A stretch of 36,872 bases of DNA from Welwitschia mirabilis (taxonomy: Eukaryota). The notes beneath the pieces were generated by a model that worked only from the letters and a program-made list of their open reading frames with translations, made no database searches and was not told the origin of the DNA. This document shows positions 23,421-35,149 of this stretch, piece by piece. The DNA is taken from positions 1,196,395-1,233,266 of the forward strand of contig JBOZIK010000001.1 in the NCBI GenBank assembly GCA_051453625.1. Reading direction: 5' to 3'. How positions within the stretch are numbered: the first letter of the stretch is position 1; each line of letters begins with the position of its first letter. The position numbers and the translations under genes were made by a program.

Positions 23421-26400
23421 AAGCATCAGTAGTTAACTTAAATTTCAAAAAATGAGATCATTTGCTTCATTGGCTAGAAATTCATCTTCGTGCTACGAAT
23501 ATCTTCTTCACGCTTCTAATGTTGGTTGCCCTAATGCCCATGTTTCTCATCATGGCATTCACTCACACTTATGGCATCGAAATGGAAGATTTATTTTCTA
23601 AGTTTTTTCTTCATTTTCCTTTGAGTTTTATTATCATTGGGTTTAACCTGAATACTTGTAGGTTTATTGTACTTAAAATTTTTTTAAATAATCATTGATC
23701 AGTATCATGAAGTGGCTTTTACTTCTAATCATAATATAGATCTTATGTCTATTTTCTGAGTAATAAGGTAAATGGACTTGGTGTAATTAAGTGATAGGCA
23801 CTTTTTGCATCTATCTAAAGCTAGATATTAATGAAAATAAGTCGATAAGTTATCTTTCTTGGCAACAGTTATAGAAGAAATGATGTAGGAGGTTTTGTAA
23901 GGAAAGGTCTCAGAACTATAATTTTGGACCTCTCTCTCCACAAGAGATTCAATGATCATTAGATATCTTCTCTTCTATTCATTTACATATGGTATTTCTT
24001 TGTTCTGCAATGGTAAATAAGCCTTGCTATGAAAAGACTAGTCTCAACAAAGGGTCATGGTAGTTGAAGAAAATAGTCATTTTAAATCATACATTGAGAA
24101 ATGTGGAATCAAAGGCAATTGGGTTTTCCTTTAATACAAAGATAGTATTATAATCTTTTTACTTCTATAATTAGAAATACTTTGGATTAATATCTTTTTT
24201 AAAATTAAAAAGTAATAATTATTCTCTAAGATTACTTCTTAATTGAGAAAATTATTTTATTCATTTTATTTTCAAATGAAGCATTGTTATCATTTGCTCT
24301 CTTCATGATTATTTCAGTTTTGTTAAGCACTTTTTTAATTTATTCAAGTCAAGACATGACATATGCTTAAGGTATACTTTATCAGTGCAATAATTTTTTG
24401 AAAGACCTTCAATGATTAAAAGAGATGAGTGATTTTCTTAGGCTATCTTTTAAGACAACAGAATGATCATTCTTATGTAGGACTAAAATGTTGTGTAGTG
24501 CCTCAACTACCTAAAACCTGGCTTGAAGGATGGGAATTACACCCCTATGAAAGAAAAGCATTTTTTTACCAAAAATAACTATTATTGAAAATAATAAATT
24601 ACACTATTTTTTAATCTAGTTTTTACCTTCATAGTTTTTTTATGGCCAAAATTTCCCTTAGGTATGATTATATTAAAACTCATTCCATGTGTGTTATGCC
24701 CTCTCAAAAATAGTGATCTTTCATTAAGTCTTTATTTACTACAAGACCTTTCTTCTATCTCTTTCTACTAATGTTTTCTATTATAAGTGCTACTCCTTTT
24801 GTAGAGCCTCCTCTCCATCTATCATAATGCCCTTTTAATCATTTGTTGTGTTGCTTTTTTTTTTTTTTAATTATGACCTTCTCTTTTATGCATGCTATTG
24901 TCTATTTCTCTATCATTGTAAATGTTGTGCTTTAATCTTTTTGGTCCTTTTGATCCTTTATGTTGGCCTTCTCTGTGATTTGTTCTTCTATAATATTCCC
25001 TCAACTACATCCCTGTTGATTAATGTTCTTTGCATATGCTTTTCTTTGGCCACTACATTTTGTCTTATGTGTTAATCTGGTTGGCTAATCTTTTCATGGT
25101 CACTTCATAGCTTTATTATTATTTTCCAAAATGTAATTGTCTTTTTCTATGACAAACCTACTAGCCTACTACCTATTCTTCAATGTCTTTATATTGAATT
25201 TATGTGAAAAAATCAAATTAGTAAGATTTAAATTATTTGGATCTTACCTTCTAAAAAAAACAATATGATGAATTTCACATAAATAGTAAAATGGAAAGAA
25301 GAAGATGACACTAATTTATATGGTTCGTATTACATTTTCATACTTATGAGATCCCTATGGGTTTGGATGAGCTGAACTTACTTTCAAATTCATTTTTATT
25401 AATTTTGCTTGATATATTGGCCATCTGACTCTGCCTTAAGATGCCTATTGAACTTTTCCTTCTATCCTTGAGAATGCTAGTTATTTTAGATCATGTAAGA
25501 AAGCCAATTCGAAATGGGAAACTAAGGAAGTTATCCATTTTCAATCATTATTTGATGTCATTCCAAACAACTATTTACTGAAGTTATTTTCAACACTGTA
25601 TATCATATATGTACACAAAGCTTCAGTAAGACTAAAGATAAATCTTTCATTTGACAAGAAGACTTAGCAAAAAATCTGTTTATTTTATGAATCAAAAAGT
25701 TTCTACATGTCTTTGCAAGTTCTTGAGATGAAAAAGTAGAGTTCAAATGTCCACATATGCTATAGCACCACATTGTAAAATGTAATTGCTAGATCCTCAC
25801 TTGATAAACTTTCCTTAGGCACATTTAGTCTGAATGTTAGAAACAAATTCTTAACCTTTTCTAATACCTATTTAGCTACAACATGCAGTTGAGTTACAAG
25901 AGTGCTGTGGTAGCCAAGTTACAATAGTTCTATGGTTACTAAAATGGCTAGAGTAAATGGTTTCTATGACCATAAATGAGTGTTTATTAATAATGTCCTT
26001 TTCTATAGTTTTGTAATGATCATCAGAATAACCCATTTTTCCATTAACCTGATGAGATTTTTTATGTTAAATAGATGATGTAAGAAAGGCAAAAGACGTT
26101 GATTTAAGACTCTTTGAAAATGAGAGATAAACATTGCCTAATTTCTTGTCTGAGTTAATACACACACACTTTCAGCTCATTACAAAATGGTGGAGGCAAA
26201 CAACATTTCCTGTTTCCATTTATTTTTTACTCTATATGAGACACATGTCCTCCTTCCTTATTGAAACAACATGCAAATAATAAAAATATCTATTATTAAT
26301 TTATAACCAAAGAGTCATGTGATGGACATTAAGTTCTAAAGAATTTGCTTCTTTTTGTGCTTTTCAAAGCATTACCCTTTAAGTATCATTTCAGATGACG

Positions 26401-26649
26401 AGGCTGATAAGGTTAAAAGAAATGGTAGCTTTTAGAATACATTCTGTTCACAAAACAAAATACTTATATTATACTATGAATTTGTAAACTATTAAATCAT
26501 AAAATAATAAGCACAAGCTCATAATAGTTATATTTACCTCAAGGTAAAACAAAGAAAAACACATAAGGGAAACCAAGAATAAAATAACATTGGATCATAT
26601 CAAGCTAATGTAAAAGAGTACACCAAGATAATTTGACTTAAGGTCTAGA

Positions 26650-28230
26650 TGGATTGAGATCCAATTGTAGATTTACAATGAGAAATTCATTTTACACTCT
26701 TCTAGTTCTAGAAATTCCAAAATTATTAACATCAATCATGTAGGATTAAATATGTTGGTATAGAACATTTACCATTCATTTAAAGATTTAAAGAAAGCCA
26801 AGCAATACATCTTAAGTGATCCCAAAGGTTTTGTTGAGATATTTTGAAGCGGCTTTCTACTATAGTTCCATCTATTTATGAGGTATAACAAGAACAACCA
26901 TACACTAATCAAGTGAGCATATTTACTATCAACTATCAACCACTTATGTCTTGACTACTATCATGAAGTTAGAACCTTTTACATATGAGGAATGCTATAC
27001 CAATTGTCATTAGCTCAATTTGAGTCTATAGATGATGTATAAAGCATCACATGAGGATGACTAACATTTAGAGAAAGGTGTATTGTACCACATGCAAAAA
27101 CTTTTTTACATTTGAAAGTAAGTCTTAAATTGATTTAATAAATACACTCGTATAAGATGACTGGATACTTTGGAATGGGTAAGAAACCTACAGGGTTATG
27201 TCTATTAGATTAAGATGCAAGAAAAAGTAGAAAAGTAATTTGTGGATGTGCTTTATTTAGTGCTAAGAAACCTAGAAAGAAGAAGTTTGGATTATAAAGG
27301 AGTAAAAGCCTTTGCTAGTTATTACATGTTTAGGAAAATGTTTCATTAGACTTTATACATGGATTATAATAAATCTATCAATTTTGTACTTATTTTTTGC
27401 AGAGATAATATTATAAAAATGTATATCCTTATACCATGCAAGAATACTACAAGAGGGCAAGAAGCAATAGTGATGTTCTTCATTTATGTTTTCAGTTATG
27501 TAATTCTATTATATTAAACAAGGATTTCATATTTCCTAGGAATTTTTAATTACTTTATGAAATAGGATTAATACTAAGATGTAATAATATATAAGTCTTA
27601 ATTCCAATATAGATGATAAAATTGAATGTGTGACCCATTCTTTAATGTTGTTTTTGGAAGGTTATAATGAGAACCCTTGGGTATTGGATGGACATTTACC
27701 CTTATACCTTTTACATGTTTTACATTTGAAAAATACTATTCAACATTTACCATTCTTTAGTTATGGAATTCTTTCAAGGGGCTAATGGGACATTTAGAAA
27801 GGAAGGGGAGAATGAAATTCAACCTTTTATTAAGAATTCAATAGATTCATGCTAAAATATGAGTGTAGTTTGTGGAACATAATCAACACTGTAAACATGA
27901 ACATGTCAAATATTATGTTGATCATTAGCTTCAAGTAAGAAATAAAGCTTAGTTACACCTTTGTATGGATAGTTTCTAGGAAGAATTGAAAAGATGAAGT
28001 CATATTATTATGGACCACTTTAGATTATCAAGCAAGTAAACACGAATGCTTTTAAGCTTGACATGCCAAGTCCGTATAGATGCATTTATAATAAACATAA
28101 AGAATTTGATGTTGTACTAGTTACCTATGATTACTAATTATGAGTATCAATGTGTACTTCCATTGTATCAAGATGTGGTTCTAGCATTAGTGGATGAGTT
28201 TAGTAAGGATGTGCCTAAAAATGTATAGAA
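26650..28230 (+). pseudogene. Highly decayed chromovirus-like Ty3/gypsy RNaseH-integrase fragment
   Basis: Fragments AAFLL*FHL, EKGVLYHMQKL, HSYKMTGYFGMGK (decayed H...GHFG.GKT), *ENVSLDFIHGL, KMYILIPCKNTTRGQEA, ECVTHSLMLFLEGYN and YYGPL*IIKQVNTNAFKLDMP (GPY/F motif). Confidence 0.8.
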
Positions 28231-28329
28231 GTTGATTGAGCATTTCCTTTTGCCTATATTTTTGTTTCATATCTTAAAACATTGTATCTATAGTTTTAAT
28301 GTTTAACTAACTACATAGGACTACATAAC

Positions 28330-28600
28330 TATTATGAAAAATTAGCAACGAAAACATAGAAACAACAAAGTAGTAAAGCACATAGTAAGTAAAGATACAC
28401 AAGGTTAATGAGGTTTGTCCCTATCTATTCTATGTCCTTAAAACACTACAAAATTCTTGTTACTAAGTGCAATGATGCTTCCTCTATACTAGTGACTCGA
28501 TTGCTTTAAACCTAGTGTATAGTCTCTAGTAAATATGGGTGATACTTCCTCTATACTGGTGACTTGACTGCTTAGGCACTCTAGAGCTATCTTCCTACAT
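28330..28600 (-). mobile_element. Possible LTR fragment with an internal ~35 bp direct repeat
   Basis: acacaaggttaatgaggtttg..ctatgtcc resembles the reverse strand of plant copia LTRs. The repeat cttcctctatact(a/g)gtgact occurs at about 28478 and 28546. Confidence 0.3.
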
Positions 28601-30688
28601 GATAAAATCAAGGCTTATCACTTCTTTTTCATTTTTTAACCTTTAAAAATAATAGAGATGCAAGGAAAAAAAGGAGAATTGATCAATAACAAAGTGAAAG
28701 AGATTTAGATTTAGGGTTTTGACACTTTGCATTATCGAAAGACTCTAGAAATTTAGTTACAACAAACTTGTAAAGGCAAAAAAGATGAAGAAGATATTAA
28801 GCATGCATCTAATTAATTAAAGAAAGTTGTAATAGGAAGGTTGCATCTAGATGATGAAGCAGTGTAATCAAGAATATAAAAAAGAAAGAAAAGAGGGGTG
28901 AGCATGATGTGAAAATATGAAGTAAACTTTAGTTCTTCTAACCTCTAGGTTTTCTAGTTTCATATTCATTCATTTTTGTAGAATATTACTTAGCATAGAC
29001 ATTAGTCTACATACCGAGATTTAAATCATGATGGAAGTTTTCATTTTTATTTTTGGCAATTTTTAGGATCAATAAGGCTCATCATCTATTTCTAAATTGA
29101 CCTTTTCCTAAGATCTTTTTTTTCCTTTACAAGAATGTCTGGTTAGTTCACACTTATAAAAGTATTCATGGGTTTGATGTCATATTTGTTCTGAATCTAA
29201 GTGCTTATTATCTATTTGTTTCTCTTAAAATTATTTTACAAAAGCATTAAAGTAATGATATACTTTCTATCTCATTCTTTATTATTTCTCTGTCATTTGA
29301 CATGGTATTTGTTATATTCAAGTTATGTAATATTTTCTATTTTATTTTGTTTTAATTTCATTCCCAGTGCCAGTCACCTAAATTTTGTATTATAAATTTT
29401 GTAAGTAGCATCTCATTATCATAAATATATAATCTCAATGAAAATCATTTTTTATTTACTAAGAAAGTTTAAAACATTAAATATTATAATCCCTTTCTTT
29501 ATTTACATTCAAAACAAGTGTATTATTATTAGTAAATTACTTTTTAAAATATAGTTTGTATAGATTGAATATCAAATAAATTTAAAGGAACATTGTAAGA
29601 ACATTTGAATATTATAGATTCTTTTTTAGTATTATAGACTCTTTTTTTTATTACTATAGATAATTATCAAGACATTATTATCTTGACCAATTACCTCAAT
29701 GATAAATTCAAAACACCTTAAACCTAGGTGTGTTGCATTCAAAATCCTGCATTAGCAAGGAAGCACAAATGAAGTTTGCATAGCACCAAGTGCTGCTAGG
29801 TATTTAGGTAATACAACCTCCCTAATTAACCTTATCCTTCAACAATTGTAAAGACATTATTGAATTAATTAAGTAAATATTAATTGTTTTGAACTTATTT
29901 ATACTTTTTTCTAAGTCTTAAAAATGTTAGTTTGGATGGCTAGATAGAAACTATTCATATCAAAAATTTGAATTGACACTAGGTTAAATTATCATAAATT
30001 AAATTAAAAAAAATTTAGGTTGTATAAACATTTTAAGAAGGGAGTCAACTTGAAATTTTACCTTAAACAAAACATAACTTTATCTTCAAGAGAAACCTCC
30101 CTTTTATAGACTTACACTAGGTTTAAAGCTCTAAAATAATGTTAGTCCTTTATTATTTTTAATAACCATTCCCAGCCAAAACCAAAATCAAAGCATCAAC
30201 CATCTCTCTCCCCCTTCCCTCCCCCTTCCTTCTCCTCCCCACTCTCCAAAAACAAAGAGAAAAAGGAAAAAGAAAAAAAGGAATAAAACTAATGTAAATT
30301 AAATTATACCACATTAGATACTTCACTTAATAGCCAACTCAAAAACGTAAAAGAGAACATAAGAAAAAGAATATTTGGCTTACTCCAAACTAGATAGAAA
30401 AGTCTTATTATGCTTTTCTAGTCAATTTTTAAAATCAATACTAAAATATGTTAAGCTTGTAAGTCTTCCATGCACTATATTCTTCTACTCTTTCATGTAC
30501 AAAATTGAAAAATTCCAAAGTTGCTTTTTTTTAACTTGAAATAAGATTGAGAAACATACTATTTGCATTGTATTTTTAGATCTTACTATGGTGTCATGAT
30601 AAAGTTGATATTCATTACTATTACATGTCTTAGAAAATATTCCTTGGTTGTTAAAAAGGATGAGTGACTAATCTCATACTGAGACAAA

Positions 30689-31096
30689 CAGGCATTGATC
30701 ATAGAATGCGTGGAAGAAGAAAAAATGCCTAAGTGCAGAGAAGAGAACTTGTTGTATCTCATTAATGCAGTTTTAACTTATTTGGCTTATTACATGCAGA
30801 TCCTCTTCCAGGAAATTTACTGAGAACAATAGATGAACATTTATCTATTTTAGATTTTGGGTTCCTGACAGAGGTGTGCATCTTTATCTAATTCATTAGA
30901 TTTAAATAATGGTATTTTCATTTAGCTTTTTTAATTTTTATGATTTTATAATTACCCCTTGTATTTGTAATGGATTCTTCTGAAATGATAGATCATAGGT
31001 GATCAACAACACACCTTCATAGAATATATGTTACATCTTATTAATGGGGATTATGAAAAGGCTGATGATGATATAGTCAAGTTAGGAATTTCATAA
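30689..31096 (+). pseudogene. ABC1/UbiB-family atypical kinase (ABC1K) gene fragment, two exons and one intron, disabled
   Basis: QALIIECVEEEKMPKCREENLLYLINAVLT, frameshift, FGLLHADPLPGNLLRTIDEHLSILDFGFLTE (30781-30873), a GT..AG intron 30874-30991, then IIGDQQHTFIEYMLHLINGDYEKADDDIVKLGIS*. Matches the ABC1K HADPHPGN and LDFG motifs and the following HL..D....D..LGF helix. Confidence 0.85.
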
Positions 31097-32209
31097 GACA
31101 TTATATAATAGAGAGGCCCATTTATAGATTGCCTAAATCCTACAACCCCCAAGGAAGATCTACTAAATGAAAGAATCAACCTCTAGTGGCATTTCTTTTA
31201 TAGATTCTATATCTCCTCGAGATACGCCACCCTTTCAAGTAGGTCAGTCATATAGGCAAATTCTTTATATTATGTTTAAGATTACAATATGATTTTATTT
31301 ATCTAAAAAACCTATAGCCTTTTTCTATAAAATATCTAAGATAAAAGGCCCCTAGAAGACTCACAAAAGTAATATCATCATTATAATCTAAATCCATCTC
31401 TTCTATCCTTTAAGCTATGAAAATGGAGTTCTATTAAATTAGCAAAAAGTAGGAATTAAAGGGTAAGTTTAAGGATGATGAAGCAAACATTGACATACAA
31501 TGATTAATTTCAAAACATATTAGGCTCTACTACTTCCAAACTTGTAATAACAATGGCACTAAAAGAAGAACAGACCTCAATAGCTAAAAGAAAAAAAGGA
31601 GTAAACAACATAATAGAGGAGATCAATGATCTAAACACAGTGAAAAGGAAGCATTGAGCATAGTCAAAGAAGTAAAATAAGTATACAAATTAGAAGGCTA
31701 GTAGAAGATGATAACAATGCAACATATAGAGGGAAGCATATGATAGAATAACGAGGAGAAACCAAGCATGAAATAAATGAAAATGCCTAAGGAGAAAGAA
31801 GCTAAAATTCAGAGAAAGAGGAAAAAGATGTGTAGCAGAGATGTTTAAAAGAACAAAAAAGTGCAATAGAGTTATAGTTCATAAGAGAAGGGTAAGAAAA
31901 AAAAAAGGGGGAAAGAAAATGTTTGAAGGATTTAACTTTTTACACAAGTTTTATGAGGATTGCATGATCAGATACAGCTTCTTGAACACAAGTTTCTATA
32001 AAGTTTTAATTAGAAATCTTTGTCTCCTTGAATTTACTTCATTTCTCATTAAATTCTTAATCATAAGTGATCCCTCAGTGTGCTGATTTTCATCAAACAT
32101 TTAAAAATTCTTGCATGCTATGCTATTTAGCCTTTACATAGTCCTTTTGTTTATATCAAAGGTAGTTGGAAAGTTTTCCACAAACTCTATTTTCTTTTTT
32201 TTATGTTGT

Positions 32210-32735
32210 AGATGCTTATCATCTAAGCTTCAGACACAAGTTAAGAAGATCCTTGGAGGATATTTTGGGTACATTGTTAAAATGGCTTTTGTGAAATTAA
32301 ATTACATGGGTTTTGAAAAGTTTACAGCCTCTGAGAAAGATGTAGATATCAAAGAAGCTTCACGAGGTTTCGGGAAGTGTAGCAACAGGTAAGCTTATAG
32401 AAATTAGAAATAACACTTTTAGTTTGAAATTGAATTACATGGGTTTTGAAAAGTTTGCAGCCTCTGAGAAAGATGCAGATATCAAAGAAGCTTCATGAGG
32501 TTTTGGGAAGTGAAACAATAGGTAAGATTACAGAAATTAGAAACATCACTTTTAGTTTGAATGCAAACCTGCTTACGAACATAATTTTTGATGAAGAGTT
32601 GTTGAAGCCAGGTTCTACAGAAATAGAAAGCTTTCTAAGGTTTCTTCATGAGGTTGATAAAATTATGGGAATTTTCAATTGCATTTACTACTTTCCTGCA
32701 CTTCAAGTGCTAGATTCATAGGGTCTAAACAAGAG
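32210..32735 (+). pseudogene. Possible leucine-rich-repeat (NLR-like) gene fragment
   Basis: CLSSKLQTQV.., LKSLQPLRKMQISKKL.., YFPALQVLDS*GL; LRR-like leucine spacing and higher GC than the flanks. Family assignment is tentative. Confidence 0.3.
32292..32557 (+). repeat. 133-bp tandem duplication (2 copies)
   Basis: tgaaatt(a/g)aattacatgggttttgaaaagttt.. at 32292 and 32425, highly similar across the unit. Confidence 0.95.
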
Positions 32736-32874
32736 AGGAGATAAGGTGTTTAAAAGGCTTTATCATATTCTTGAATAGCTTATTCTAAAACATTTTGATG
32801 AGAATCTTTTTTTGTTGTAAAATATGAAAACGCATTTAGTTTTTTGTGGTAAATTTTTTTTTTAAGTTACATCT

Positions 32875-33211
32875 TTTAAGGTGTTTATGTACTAGGATGC
32901 CTTAAAAAAATTTGGAGATGTTCATGAAAAAAAACCTCAAAATTAATTTGAGGCATTTATTTTCTAAAATACCTGTAAAAACTTTTAAGGCATTTATATT
33001 ATCCTTTTGAGGCATTTCATATAAAAACACCTCAAATATATCTCTAAGGCATTTTTATTTAAAATACCTTAGAAATGCATTAAAAGCATGCAGCTTTTAA
33101 CATGAGGCTTTTTAAGCGGTTTTCTAATAAAATACCTTAAAAGCATTTAAGGCATTTCTTAAGGCTTCTTAAGGTATTTTATAAATTCCTTAAAAGCCTA
33201 TATTTCTAGTA
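32875..33211 (-). repeat. Right subterminal repeat array and TIR
   Basis: (A/G)AGGCATTT and AAATACCTT motifs at about 32950, 32987, 33009, 33046, 33062, 33130, 33149 and 33171, ending CCTATATTTCTAGTA. Confidence 0.85.
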
Positions 33212-33220
33212 TTCAAATGA

Positions 33221-33243
33221 ATATACATATATATATATATATA
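33221..33243. repeat. Short (AT)n microsatellite
   Basis: atatacatatatatatatatata. Confidence 0.8.
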
Positions 33244-35149
33244 ATATTACAAATTGAAGATAGTAAATCAACAAATAAACTTGCAATATAGGTAACTCAT
33301 GGTATTCATTTTGAAGCTATATAAACCATGAGTTAAGAAAGATTTTATATAAGATTAGAATCACAAATAATATTACAAATCTTAATAGTAAAAATCTCTC
33401 CACATGTCATCTTTCTTAATTTTGCTCTATGTACCATGTGGAGGCCTATCTCCACTAATGAAATCATAAAGGTAAATGGTAGGCATAAAAACATATGCAA
33501 CCATGAATGTTAATGGTAGGCATAAACTTATAAAGAGAGTCTAACTATGCATAGGTTTTGAATTTGTATATAATATTATTGCTATAATTATGAGCTTAAA
33601 AAAATCATAAAGATAAAAATTCAAAGCTAACATAAAAATATAATTAATGAGAAGGAAACGCATCATCTAAATTTTTTTTAAAAAGGAATATTCTACGTTG
33701 TAGTGGTTATGTGTACACTAGAAGAGGTCTAGAAAATTAGAAAATTCCTCAAAATGGATTGGAATGATAAGTAGCTTTGTAAATGCATGTATTTACAAGA
33801 AATTGCTTCCTTAAATTTTAGTAATAAAAAGTGGGATAATGACATGTAGACGACTATACAAATAAATCTATCATTTTCCATTATGTCCCATTTGGAATCT
33901 CCATCCATCCACTTATAGCCACTTAATATTTAATAATTATATTTGAGAACTTTAGGAAAATGATATTATAAAATGATGACATCAACTAAAATAAAATAGA
34001 CTAATAATTATCATAGTATTAGATTAATAATAATGTTATATAATTAATAAAAAACATTACCTTTTATAACATAATAAGGCTACTCACTAGATAAAAGAAG
34101 TATTGTTTAACATATTCTTATAGATAATACTTCTTTTAAAACTTCAAAATTTTACTATTAATGATAGATTCTTAGATTTCTCATGTGTATTTTAATTTTT
34201 TACATTGTATACTAAACATCTAATTAAGCTTGTTTAACTATTAATTACACATGAATTAATTAATTACTACTTATACTAATCTTGTACACTAATTAGCATT
34301 ACATCTTTAGATGGTGTTTCTTATTTTATTTTATGTGTCCTTTTAATTTAGCTGAGAGGCCATCCCCAGCTACTAACTGTCTAGGATGACATTACTCTTT
34401 ATTTTTTATTATTTAAACAAAATAAATTTTAAATAAAACTTAAAAAAGAAAACTATTTTTTTAAATGGCAAACCTGATTTATGGATCATTTTCATGATAT
34501 TAAACAAGGGTCAGAAAAACATACATAATCAAAACACTGACTAATTCACTTTGAAGATTTCAAATCACTCTAAAGAATAATGTTGTATTTGATAGTGGAT
34601 AAAGCTTTTCCAATTCCTTTAATTAGCTTTAATAACCTTGTATGCACATTTTTACAAATTTCTCTCTATTTATTATTTTTCTTGAATGCTATTTTTCAGA
34701 ATTTAGATCATTATTTTTTAATAATTCTGAAAACGTATTCCTGCAAAATCTCTTACAATTGAATGATGTTGACTTTACCGAATGATGTTTAGTGGTATTT
34801 ATATTTTCCTATTTTGCATGAAATCCAAAAAAAATTGGTCATAGGTTTTTATAATAAGGTCTGTTTAGTTATTACCATCTTTGATAATTTTTAAAAATGC
34901 ATTCAAAGAGATGCCTTTGAGCCATGACAGGAAACAAGAAAACTAATAACATTCATTCTATTAGAAGAGGTATCAAGAGCTTTTCGCGTCACTATTTTTG
35001 TGATAGATTACTATTTACGTTATAAAAACTTACAAATACGAGAAATAAAACAATGTTTTCAAAGGAAGGTTTTCTCTCTATTTTCTATTTTTGCTTAATT
35101 CACCTAGTATTGGCCTCAAGTTATTAGGTTTAATATTAATTCTGTTACA

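Larger units (their letters stand above)
23156..33211. mobile_element. Non-autonomous CACTA-type element with captured and nested cargo (candidate Pack-CACTA)
   Basis: Left end TACTACAAAAAATATAGGATTTTAAGACATTTAT; right end reverse complement TACTAGAAATATAGGCTTTTAAGGAATTTAT. Shared subterminal repeats; flanking trinucleotides TTT and TTC. No transposase recognised inside. Confidence 0.7.

Noticed and set aside
23462..25075. Hydrophobic ORFs (23462-23698, 24848-25075; also 29201-29395 and 34580-34762)
   Set aside because: Non-ATG or short ORFs reflecting T-rich composition, with no recognisable domain.
33380..33860. Possible MITE bounded by acatgtcat / atgacatgt inverted motifs
   Set aside because: The inverted match is too short and no TSD was identified.
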